Below are positions 52,693 to 61,044 of a stretch of 64,000 nt of DNA, one piece after another. Within the stretch, counting starts at the first letter, position 1. The number at the start of each line of letters is the position of its first letter. The position numbers and the translations under genes were made by a program. A model generated the notes under the pieces. The model was not told where the DNA came from. It made no database searches and saw only the letters and a program-made list of their open reading frames with translations. Source of the stretch: an uncultured Poribacteria bacterium (GTDB taxonomy: Bacteria > Poribacteria > WGA-4E > WGA-3G); NCBI GenBank assembly GCA_951828515.1, contig OX639992.1:1706561-1770560 (forward strand), given 5' to 3'.

Positions 52693-53100
52693 TCATACAA
52701 AAACTGCAGGTGAGACCTGAAACCTTTCTGCTAAAGTCCGAATGTGTGTGACCGTCAGATCCCGCTCACCGTTAAGGATTTCCAAAACGAAGTCAGGCGG
52801 ACCAAGCTCCGGTAAATCTATCGGTTTAATCTGGTGTTCTTCCACCAACAACTTAAGTACCTCAACGCCATTACATTCGGGAATTGGATGATGTTTCTCC
52901 TCATAAGCATGTATGACTGTACCCAGTATATCAAGGAGTTCATAGAGAGGGTGTTGTTCGTCGGTGCCCACTTCATCAATCAAAGCATTTAAGGTTGTAA
53001 TGGCTTTATCGTATTCGTTCTCATCACGAATTGAAAAGAGAGGTTGAATAATGCGCCAATGTGTCTGAATATCCTTTGCGATAACGCTCATGTTTTCCAT
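52693..53100 (-). CDS. higA: HigA-type HTH antitoxin (COG5499-like)
   Basis: IRDENEYDKAITTLNALIDEVG.DEQHPLYELLD.LGT.I..YE and a C-terminal HTH (LTVTHIRTLAERFQVSPAVF). Its start overlaps the reconstructed higB stop. Confidence 0.75.
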   Translation of the reverse strand: MENMSVIAKDIQTHWRIIQPLFSIRDENEYDKAITTLNALIDEVGTDEQHPLYELLDILGTVIHAYEEKHHPIPECNGVEVLKLLVEEHQIKPIDLPELGPPDFVLEILNGERDLTVTHIRTLAERFQVSPAVFV

Positions 53101-53489
53101 CCTCCTGTGTCATATTCTGCATGCGTCAATACACGACGAACATATCCTTTCCCACGATTAAAGTGAATAGAAGTCATCAGTCGATATTTGTTACCGCCGA
53201 TATTATAGTAAAGCCCGCAATTACTTATACATCGACAGAGAGGCGAGGTTAGAAACCTCGCCAGCGAAACGGTGGGACCTGTTTACCAAAATGTAAACTT
53301 ATTTTTAGAAACTACTATAAAAACGGTTAAACCATCCACAAGATCTGCGCTTGGAAACACTGCGCGCAATTCGGTAAAACTTCCGAACGAATTCTTTGTC
53401 ATGAGCTTAAACCAACGCATAAGCGACGTTTGACTATTAGGATATTGTTTCCAGAACTCGCGCAGTGCTCTTTTGCTAATAATGTGCAT
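53088..53489 (-). pseudogene. higB: HigB-type mRNA-interferase toxin (pfam09907-like) split by a 112-bp insertion
   Basis: The N-part (MHIISKRALREFWKQYPNSQTSLMRWFKLM...FPSADLVDGLTVF, 53489-53319) and the C-part (NIGGNKYRLMTSIHFNRGKGYVRRVLTHAEYDTGGWKT*, 53204-53088) are in the same frame once 53206-53317 plus one TA are removed. That gives a 95-aa protein. Confidence 0.8.
53206..53317. mobile_element. MITE-like 112-bp insertion with TA target duplication
   Basis: Flanked by TA (53204-05) and TA (53318-19). Short terminal inverted repeat (TAGTAAAGC... / ...GAAACTACTA). It carries the hairpin GGCGAGGTTAGAAACCTCGCC, whose 25-nt block also occurs at 855-879. There is no coding capacity. Confidence 0.7.
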
Positions 53490-53503
53490 CCTCTTGCCAA
53501 AAA

Positions 53504-54892
53504 CTATGCCTCAGCAAACTGCGGTCTGCCGAGGGCATCTGTTCTGCCTTGACGTTTGTAGTGCGGGAGATGCCCGCCTGCATCTGCCAAAATACGTTCT
53601 TGTGCAAGCGCAATTCGGTCAGCCCCTTTGTCAGCGATGTCATGCTGGCAGGCGACATCTGCCTCAAGGTCAAACAGCCGTATATCATCCTTAAAATCGA
53701 CACTGGAAAAATACCAACTCCTTGCATCTTTATACCAAACGGAGTTGACATACCGACAGGTCAAGTAGTCACGCGATGTCCAATCGCTTTTCCCTTCAAC
53801 GAGCGGAAGCAAACTCTGCCCCTGAATCTCACCCGCAGGTTCAACTTGGCTGGCTGCCATAACGGTAGCAGGCACATCAAGCGTATAGACGAATTCGTCA
53901 CACGTTGTGCCAGCATTTACACCAGACGGGTGGCTAACCATCATAGGGATGTCCATTGTGCCCGGGTACATAAAGTTCGCCGGTTTGCCGGTGGCTTTGT
54001 CTGGGTTCTCTGCGAAGTTCGTGCCGTGGTCTGCGAGGAAAACAATAAGTGTGTTTTCACGCAATCCGAGCCGATCAATGGTATCCACCAACCTTCCAAA
54101 CCATGTATCTACGAGTGTTACCAAGCCAGCGTAATTGGCTTTAACGCTCGGCAACCGTTCTTCAAGTTCCGCATCATTGAGTGAACCGTAGGGGAGGTTG
54201 AGACAGATAGGTTCGCGGTCTTCACGTTTACCGTAGAGATCGTAATAGTGGATAGGTGCCTCCCATGTTTCGTGAGGTGTGAACCCATCAACGTAGAGGT
54301 AAAACGGCGTATTCTGATGATTGTGTTCAACGAATTCAATTGCGGATCGGAACAACCGTGCGGCGGGCCACATCTCCTCTGGACGTTCAGGTTGGACGTT
54401 CACAATATGGGCACGGATACGTTCGGGGTTTCCTCGATAACGGGAAATCAGTGAAGGATCGGCGTGCGCACCACCCCGGTACCTATCTTCGGCTTGACCT
54501 CTGACGAATTCCCATTGTCGGAACCCACGCGTGAAATTCATGCCCGGCACGAAATAATGCGGCACATCGGCAAAGAAACCGGTATGATACCCATTTTGGA
54601 CAAGCGATTCAGCGATCGCGGGTTCATCAGAAGACATTGGCTGCCAACCGGGGGTATAAACGTTGTCCCATGGCACAGGGGTATAAGTGCTGAACGGATA
54701 GGCGCGTCTACCGGTATGTAAAGTACGGCGCGTCGGGATTGTCGGTAAGCATTCCGGATGCGCGTTCGTAAATCTGACGCTCTGTTCGGCAAACCGTGCT
54801 AAATTCGGGGTCTGAACCCAATCGTTGCCATAAGGACTAAGATATGCGGTTCGCAGTGTATCTGAAACAACGACGACTATGTTCCAACTCAT
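53504..54892 (-). CDS. Sulfatase-like alkaline-phosphatase-superfamily hydrolase (Thr at the formylglycine position)
   Basis: VVVSDTLR metal-ligand context, TPNLARFA, and a signature region (ECLPTIPTRRTLHTGR) with T-x-P-x-R in place of C/S-x-P-x-R. Confidence 0.75.
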   Translation of the reverse strand: MSWNIVVVVSDTLRTAYLSPYGNDWVQTPNLARFAEQSVRFTNAHPECLPTIPTRRTLHTGRRAYPFSTYTPVPWDNVYTPGWQPMSSDEPAIAESLVQNGYHTGFFADVPHYFVPGMNFTRGFRQWEFVRGQAEDRYRGGAHADPSLISRYRGNPERIRAHIVNVQPERPEEMWPAARLFRSAIEFVEHNHQNTPFYLYVDGFTPHETWEAPIHYYDLYGKREDREPICLNLPYGSLNDAELEERLPSVKANYAGLVTLVDTWFGRLVDTIDRLGLRENTLIVFLADHGTNFAENPDKATGKPANFMYPGTMDIPMMVSHPSGVNAGTTCDEFVYTLDVPATVMAASQVEPAGEIQGQSLLPLVEGKSDWTSRDYLTCRYVNSVWYKDARSWYFSSVDFKDDIRLFDLEADVACQHDIADKGADRIALAQERILADAGGHLPHYKRQGRTDALGRPQFAEA

Positions 54893-55000
54893 TTTTTAAT
54901 TTTCCTTGCGGTTCGGTTAGGTGAGGTCTGGTTAATTAGTTCTTTTCCGTATATCCGCTTTCTGCAGGGGCTGGGTTACCCAGTCCCCGCGCGTTCCAAG

Positions 55001-55321
55001 CTACACACTTTGGCTATTGGTAGGTGCGGAATAATCGAAAACAAGAACATCCTCAACAAGTGGACGGATGTGTTCACTCGCGATTTGACGATGAAAAGGG
55101 TGTGGCAGATATGCGTCGCGTGCCGCTTCGTCTGTAAAACGCACTATAAAACCGTATGCATACCCCTGACTCTTGCCTTCAGGACTGTTGTTCGTGCCAG
55201 CAGTTATGGATTCAATGCCGGGAATTTCATCAGCCATTCCCAATAGCGCATCGGACAAAGTTTCCAGTTGTGTTTCGGTAATTCCTGATTTTAACTTTAG
55301 TAAGACGATGTGCTCAACCAT
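55001..55321 (-). CDS. Dabb (stress-responsive alpha/beta-barrel) family protein
   Basis: MVEHIVLLKLK...GIESITAGTN.SPEG.SQGYAYGFIVRF.DEAARDAYLPHP.H. The start at 55321 is preferred over the AT-rich upstream extension. Confidence 0.8.
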   Translation of the reverse strand: MVEHIVLLKLKSGITETQLETLSDALLGMADEIPGIESITAGTNNSPEGKSQGYAYGFIVRFTDEAARDAYLPHPFHRQIASEHIRPLVEDVLVFDYSAPTNSQSV

Positions 55322-55377
55322 TATAACTTCCTTCTTCCATTTTTTTGACGATGACCAGATTTTAATAGTTAGAAAAT

Positions 55378-55406
55378 TTGCCAATTTTAAAAAATTGTTA
55401 TATAAT
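55378..55406 (+). promoter_or_regulatory. Sigma70-type promoter candidate (TTGCCA-17-TATAAT)
   Basis: TTGCCA at 55378-55383, a 17-nt spacer, and TATAAT at 55401-55406. Confidence 0.5.
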
Positions 55407-55482
55407 TTAAAGTATGGCACAAGTGTCTTTTTTTTTCAAGTCTCCACGAGGCTCACAAACTAATGACAAAGGAGTATTAAAA

Positions 55483-56073
55483 ATGAAACTGGTTTATGTT
55501 TGTATCGCGGCACTCTGTATTGCGACCGCATTAACTGTCTTCGCTGCTGATCCAGTGGTCGTCACAGAAATAAAGGATAACAAGGGCGGGATTTATAAAG
55601 CCGTCGAGTTGGAAGAGGGTGGGAAATTTTTCCACGATAGGGACTATACGATTACAACTATTCCGAAAGATTTTCTTGGACTAACGCAAGTCTCCACGTC
55701 AGCAGACTGTCCTGGCGGACAAGACTACCGACTCACGTTTGAAATCGACCGGCCGGCTTATATCTACCAAGCATGGGATAGCCGACATACACCTCCAGAA
55801 GACCGTGGACAGGATCCGAAAGGCTGGTTTACAAAGGGATATACGGATACTGAAGAAATCCTCATGTTGGATGCCCCACACGCTCCAACCGAATATCATA
55901 TCTACAAATCCAATGAACCGCATCCGAAAGGAGTCGTGGAATTGCTCGGTATTGATGAGGTTATTGGGGACCCGGTCCTCATGTGGACGATCTTCCTCGA
56001 AGAAGGTGTGCTTCCCGTTGACCCGGCTGGGAGTCTAACGACAACATGGGGTGAAATCAAATCCGATCGGTAG
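55483..56073 (+). CDS. Secreted protein of unknown function with C-terminal TTWGEIK tail
   Basis: The ATG at 55483 gives a signal peptide (MKLVYVCIAALCIATALTVFA). The C-terminus is VDPAGSLTTTWGEIKSDR. Confidence 0.65.
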   Translation: MKLVYVCIAALCIATALTVFAADPVVVTEIKDNKGGIYKAVELEEGGKFFHDRDYTITTIPKDFLGLTQVSTSADCPGGQDYRLTFEIDRPAYIYQAWDSRHTPPEDRGQDPKGWFTKGYTDTEEILMLDAPHAPTEYHIYKSNEPHPKGVVELLGIDEVIGDPVLMWTIFLEEGVLPVDPAGSLTTTWGEIKSDR

Positions 56074-56102
56074 CGTTATCATTCAAACCGAACTCAACTA
56101 CA

Positions 56103-56130
56103 AGCGGGCTGATAAGCCCGCTTTCTTTTT
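56103..56130 (+). terminator. Rho-independent terminator
   Basis: An 8-bp perfect stem AGCGGGCT/AGCCCGCT with loop GATA, followed by TTCTTTTT. Confidence 0.8.
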
Positions 56131-56159
56131 CCTACTTCTTCAACACAGACGATAGATTC

Positions 56160-56522
56160 TTAATAGATAATACACGCGCCACCCGCACAAGCACTTCCTG
56201 CTTTCTGCGTCACATCACCAGCAACATTTTCAGCCTCGCCTGCCTCAAACTCGGCAACTATTGACATCGTTTCCTCTGCTGGCTCGGATATACTGAACTG
56301 GAGGGTGTCGCTCTGTGTGAAAGTTACCGTGCATCCTGTCATCTGGAAAAGAGCGATCGCGATGCAGAAGAGAATGCAAATGGCTGTCAGTTTTCGGCTC
56401 TCGGGAACCTTTAGGAAAGAGATTTTCTGGTGAAGTGATACTTCCTTGCTGATAGCTGACTGCTGATCGCGACGCGAGCCGCGTGTAGGCTCGCGGGACA
56501 ATGCTACAAAAATGTGTTTCAT
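56160..56522 (-). CDS. Possible small lipoprotein; start codon doubtful
   Basis: Lipobox-like (AIALFQMTGC) after a hydrophobic stretch. The first ~45 codons are encoded by a heptad-arm repeat copy (56382-56469) and no canonical start lies between the repeat and the hydrophobic segment. Confidence 0.35.
   Translation of the reverse strand: MKHIFVALSREPTRGSRRDQQSAISKEVSLHQKISFLKVPESRKLTAICILFCIAIALFQMTGCTVTFTQSDTLQFSISEPAEETMSIVAEFEAGEAENVAGDVTQKAGSACAGGACIIY
56382..56469. repeat. Heptad-arm palindromic element (copy 11)
   Basis: GGCTGTCAGTTTTCGGC ... CCTTTAGGAAAGAG ... TTTCTGGTGAA ... CTTCCTTGCTGATAGCTGACTGCTGATCG. Confidence 0.65.
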
Positions 56523-56524
56523 TA

Positions 56525-57649
56525 TTAAATCTCAACTCTCTGAAGATCGGCTTGGTCCAGCGTATTTGTACCTAAACCGACTGAACTCGCTGTGTTGATA
56601 TGGTTTGCCAACTTAGACACATTACCTAACTCCATCTCCTCGCGCTTCTGGTTGATGGTCTGAAGGACAAGAACATCAAGGATAACCGGATCTGTACTGA
56701 TAAAAAGACTGCCATATTTCCACGTACTTTCGGCGTGATATATCGGTCCTCGGTCGAAGGATGCCACCAACCCATCAACAATATTGAGCGTAAGTTTATC
56801 TTTCAGGACCTTATGCTCCATAATCTCAGCGATAGCCGGATTGCAATAGATCGGTTTTCCATGGAATCGGCGTGTGTTATCAACACTACCAAACGCGAGA
56901 TTCTTTAAGCATCCACTGATCCCCGCCATTTCATGATGTTTCAAAACAGGAACATTAATCAACACATCAACATGTTCCGTAACGATTCGGGAATACCGAG
57001 AGCGAGTACTTTCGTTTTCTCGGCGGTTAACACTGTCTTTTCCGCTTTCGTAAAACACTTCGTCATCATACCCGATACCCTCTGTGTCAGAGGCAATAGT
57101 CTGCACTTCGCCTTCATCTTGTTTGATAGGGTATCCAGCGTTCAAGAGATGGCTCTCAAACCGATCCCAGATAATAATTTGTTTTTTGAGAACACCTGCG
57201 CCGTATAGCCCTTCAACGATCTTATCAACAATGATAGGATGTGTGCTGAGCTCGGGTCCACCAAGTGGGTTAATTTTTATGCCGACGATATCATCAGGCA
57301 GGACAATATCTCGCCACGCCTCTTTAGCGGAGGCACGTCCAGTGAACTTCATCATCGCCTGATCAATCAGTTCACTGACAGCATCTTCATCGAGCCGATC
57401 ACCATCCCAAACGTTTTCACTGACAGCCTCGACGACAGACGTAAGGGGTGTTGTTGTGGTGGTATCGGGCTGTAACTGCCCGCTACTCAACTGTGCGAAC
57501 GCCGGAAGCGCACTCAGCGCGCCCCCGATCCCGCCAACACCAGTAGCAAGTCGGGTTAAGAATTGTCGGCGGTCAAGTGCATCTCGGTGCTCTGCAGCTT
57601 CCTGGCTGTCGGCAATAATGTCTTCTATAACGGTGTCGTAAGGTTTCAT
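56525..57649 (-). CDS. DUF362-domain protein with twin-arginine signal
   Basis: Tat motif (DRRQFLTRLATGVGGIGGALSALPAFAQ). DUF362-like core (IVGIKINPLGG...IIIWDR...GISGCLKNLAFGS). Confidence 0.7.
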   Translation of the reverse strand: MKPYDTVIEDIIADSQEAAEHRDALDRRQFLTRLATGVGGIGGALSALPAFAQLSSGQLQPDTTTTTPLTSVVEAVSENVWDGDRLDEDAVSELIDQAMMKFTGRASAKEAWRDIVLPDDIVGIKINPLGGPELSTHPIIVDKIVEGLYGAGVLKKQIIIWDRFESHLLNAGYPIKQDEGEVQTIASDTEGIGYDDEVFYESGKDSVNRRENESTRSRYSRIVTEHVDVLINVPVLKHHEMAGISGCLKNLAFGSVDNTRRFHGKPIYCNPAIAEIMEHKVLKDKLTLNIVDGLVASFDRGPIYHAESTWKYGSLFISTDPVILDVLVLQTINQKREEMELGNVSKLANHINTASSVGLGTNTLDQADLQRVEI

Positions 57650-58755
57650 CAGAGTTTACCTAATTCCGTGAGAATCTGTGCTGTCGGCACACGTACCGCC
57701 ACCCCGTCAATGGATTTCCAAGCGATTGTTCCATCCTTGCGAAGCACATAGGATGCCGGACGTGCTATCCTATCGTTACCAGGATCCAAAACATTGTAAG
57801 CCTTGATGACCTCTCTGTCCTTATCAGCGAGGACAGGGAATTCAAGTCCACTACCTTGGACTGTTTTTTTAGTATCACCTTCATCATCGGAACTGATAGC
57901 GATGAGTTCCGCACCTGCCGCCCGAATTTTAGCATAGTTTTTTTGCAACTCTCCGAGTTGTCCCCTGCAGAACGGTCACCAGCCGCCGCGGTAAAACACA
58001 ACCACTGCGTTCTTGTTGCCGACATAATCAGCGAGTGCGTGCAACTTACCATCACCATCCGGTAACTCAAAGGCGGGTGCTTGACTTCCGGTGCTCAAGC
58101 CTCGACCCGGATCCAGTTTCTCTTGTCCAGGCAAGCGGGTGAGTTGAACCTGTAGCTCCAATGTCTCTGCCTCAGGTATCGGATGCACTGCCACTTCCCT
58201 ATCTTCGTAACCCGTATGTGCGATTGCTAAGGTTAAAGCTTGCTCCACAGGAAGGTTTTCAAAGGTGAAAACACCTGCCCCTGTTGTCAGTGCTTCGTAA
58301 ACTTTGCCTGCTTTATCAGTAAGCTGGAGGTTGACTTCACCGAGCGGTTCACCCGTCGCTTTATCCGTTAAGACACCACGTAAATGTGAGACAGGGGTCT
58401 CCAATGCTATAAGTGCCACCTTATCCAGCGAAACAACTTGCCCAGAGGTAACAGTGACACTCACTTCCTTGGTTTTATAGCCCTTCGCTGATATTTGAAG
58501 TGTGTAGTTTCCAGCCTCGATTGATGGGAGTTCGTAAGTCGCCTGTATCTCAGTTTGTGCTAAGAGTTGCCCATCTCTTAGTAAACGCACCTGAACTAAT
58601 ACACCGTCAATAGATTGCACCTCTCCACGCAGTGTGCCTGTTAATGTCTCAACTGCGGAGGTATCTACCGTTTCCTCAAGGGGATTCTCTGTTCCGCAAT
58701 TTAATCCTGCGAACAGCAAGAGTGCGAACGCGAGAAATGTCTGCATCTGTTTCAT
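57649..58755 (-). CDS. Secreted carboxypeptidase-regulatory-like repeat + AhpC/TSA (peroxiredoxin-like) fusion with in-frame TGA (candidate selenocysteine) at 57976-57978
   Basis: ORFs 57976-58755 and 57649-57948 are in one frame. Reading through the TGA gives VVVFYRGGW-[TGA]-PFCRGQLGELQKNYAKIRAAGAELIAISSDD, the W-C-P-x-C redox motif with TGA at the first Cys. There is a signal peptide at the N-terminus. Confidence 0.7.
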
Positions 58756-58764
58756 GATTTTTTC

Positions 58765-59571
58765 CTATTTGTTTAACTGTTGTTTAATTCTGCCCCACGT
58801 TGTTGCCAATTTGTCCACAGGGTCAACTGCCGCGGCGGTTTCAACGCCGTTGTCCATGAGAAATTTCATATCCTCTTCTTCCAAGGCAACATCGAAGAGG
58901 GCAACATCGTCGATGATGCCTGCAGTATATCGGTCATAGTGCCGCCCAATATGAAATACACCTTCACCCGTGCCGTATCCGTCTTTTTCATTGAAATCAG
59001 TCTCGGCTTCCATTTCGCCATCTATCCATATCGAAGCCTTACCAGTACCTGCGTCGGCTCTACCAACGACAAAGTGCCATTTGTCGTCTCCAATTTCGGT
59101 TCTGCCATCTGCTCGGAAACTTGTTGATGCACTGTCGCGCAGGTAGAGAGTCACCTTGTTATCGCCACCTCCGTTCCAGAGTAGATACCACGGGAGCGCC
59201 TGTGATGTATCCTCGTAGTTTTTGCCAACAAGCGCACCGGCGACCCTGGTGCCTTTGAAATGGCAGATGATCGTGAAGGAGACACCCGCCTTAAATCCGA
59301 CAGTGTCTGAGTGCGGAACTTCAACCCAGTTGCTGGCACCGTCAAATTCAAGTGCTTTTCCAAATTTCCCATCGACCCATTTCGCGCCGTGGATTTCACC
59401 GTCGTTTCCATGCTCTGACGAATCCGTAGCAACATTGCCCTTTCCTTCGTCAAAGAGCCACATTCCTGTAATATTCTCGGGGTCAATCTTCGCAAAACTG
59501 GGTAGTGCTACCAGTAAAAAGACTACCATAAAACTCGCGAGCGATATTCGGACACCTTTAAACAAAGACAT
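58765..59571 (-). CDS. Secreted LamG/concanavalin-A-like domain protein with C-terminal TTWGRIK tail
   Basis: Signal peptide (ISLASFMVVFLLVALPSFA). LamG pattern (WLFDEGKGNVATDSSEHGNDGEIHG, FTIICHF, WHFVVGRADAG). The tail is DKLATTWGRIKQQLNK. Confidence 0.8.
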   Translation of the reverse strand: MSLFKGVRISLASFMVVFLLVALPSFAKIDPENITGMWLFDEGKGNVATDSSEHGNDGEIHGAKWVDGKFGKALEFDGASNWVEVPHSDTVGFKAGVSFTIICHFKGTRVAGALVGKNYEDTSQALPWYLLWNGGGDNKVTLYLRDSASTSFRADGRTEIGDDKWHFVVGRADAGTGKASIWIDGEMEAETDFNEKDGYGTGEGVFHIGRHYDRYTAGIIDDVALFDVALEEEDMKFLMDNGVETAAAVDPVDKLATTWGRIKQQLNK

Positions 59572-59819
59572 TACAATTCCTCCTTAAAATATCCGTCAGT
59601 TCACAACACAGATGAGCAATTTCTATGCCATACCTCTTTCCGCCTCAAGCGTGAGATTTCGCACGAAATGGGGCAATTCTCGTCTCAGCGTGCACAAAAA
59701 GGGGCAATTGCGAGTGGCTGAAATATCAAACACACGCTCCAATTCTTATAGTATACCATCCACAGTGGAGTTATGTCAAATCAAACGGATAGACTTATTT
59801 GGAAGCACGTGAGTTAGTT

Positions 59820-60065
59820 TTAAAACGACTTCGACTTGATTCGCCCCCATGTGGTGGTGAGAGAGGCACTATTCGGACTGATAGAAAGTGCGCCGCTGGT
59901 AGTAGCACCCTTTATCCCGATTAGAGTGTTACTATTTCCTGACGCATCTTGAAACCGGTCTGCACCTGCTGACTCATCAAAATTCCATAGAGCCAAGGTG
60001 TGTTCATCACTCTCAAAACGATGGGGTGGATCAAAGGGTTCAATGCCCGTGATTGACAAAGGCAT
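59820..60065 (-). CDS. LamG-family relic: N-terminal strand fused to the TTWGRIK tail (81 codons, no signal peptide)
   Basis: LALWNFDESAGADRFQDASGNSNTLIG matches the start of the LamG domains above and then runs directly into SLTTTWGRIKSKSF. Confidence 0.45.
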   Translation of the reverse strand: MPLSITGIEPFDPPHRFESDEHTLALWNFDESAGADRFQDASGNSNTLIGIKGATTSGALSISPNSASLTTTWGRIKSKSF

Positions 60066-60195
60066 GACCTTTGGGTAAAATAGTCTGTGCTTTACTATGC
60101 TACTAAGACCTTAAGGGGGCAGACGGACGAAAAACACGAATCATTTTTTTTACTCCACTATTAAACTCTCCGCATACCTTCTGCTAATCCTAATT

Positions 60196-61044
60196 TTGCT
60201 GCTGAATGGATCGGTTAACGCAGCGTTCGAGAACATTGAACTCATGGCGGGTCCCGCAGGGATGGGTGGCGCGTACTCGGCGGCGACCCAGGATACCAGT
60301 GCCCTGATATGGAACCCTGCAGGTTTGGCAGGATTACCTACACCTGAAATCGGCATCAGTTACATGGATCTATATGGCGTGTTGGGTTACAGTTTCGTGG
60401 GAGTGGCACACCCAATTCGGAGTGGACAAACTGTTGGCGCAGCAATTTTGAACTCAAGCGATATAGAAGGCATTTCTCAAGAACGGATTGTGCTGCTGTC
60501 TTCTGCAGTTCGTGTATGGAAGGGGTTTCACATCGGTATTAATGCGAAATATTTCAGCACTTCAGTCAATTTGGAACAGATGCCGTTAGGGCGCGGAACA
60601 GGATGGGGCACCGATCTCGGCATTCAGTACGCTCCCATAACAAATTGGATTAGAATCGGCATAGTATTCCCGAATCTGTTCTCCAACCTGTCTTATCATC
60701 GACTTGAAAAGACGACTTCCAAGAGTACCTACAACGAATCGCTTCTACGTGAATGGCGTATCGGTTCTGCTGTAAAAATCAACCTTGGTTCAGGAATACC
60801 AGATAGAAAATCGGATGCTCTGTTAGCGGCTTTTGAGGTTGCGAATGGTATTCCGCTTATCGGATGCGAGTACCGGAGCGACGTCCGATACGGTGAATTC
60901 GCGTTGCGGTTGGGATGGCGTTTCAACGATGGACTTACCGCTGGGTTCGGTTATCAGCGCGGCAATATCGGTTTAGACTACGCCTTTGTGAATGATAGAT
61001 ACGGCTCGCAGACCTCGCTATTTTCAGTCCGCCTGTTCTACTGA
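60196..61044 (+). CDS. PorV/PorQ-like outer-membrane beta-barrel protein; true start unclear
   Basis: AGPAGMGGAYSAATQDTSALIWNPAGLAGL is the conserved N-terminal motif of PorV/PorQ-type barrels. Alternating beta-strand pattern ends ...SLFSVRLFY. The frame is open upstream to 60115 and encodes a signal-peptide-like KLSAYLLLILILLLNGSVNA without an ATG/GTG. Confidence 0.65.
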   Translation: MLLNGSVNAAFENIELMAGPAGMGGAYSAATQDTSALIWNPAGLAGLPTPEIGISYMDLYGVLGYSFVGVAHPIRSGQTVGAAILNSSDIEGISQERIVLLSSAVRVWKGFHIGINAKYFSTSVNLEQMPLGRGTGWGTDLGIQYAPITNWIRIGIVFPNLFSNLSYHRLEKTTSKSTYNESLLREWRIGSAVKINLGSGIPDRKSDALLAAFEVANGIPLIGCEYRSDVRYGEFALRLGWRFNDGLTAGFGYQRGNIGLDYAFVNDRYGSQTSLFSVRLFY

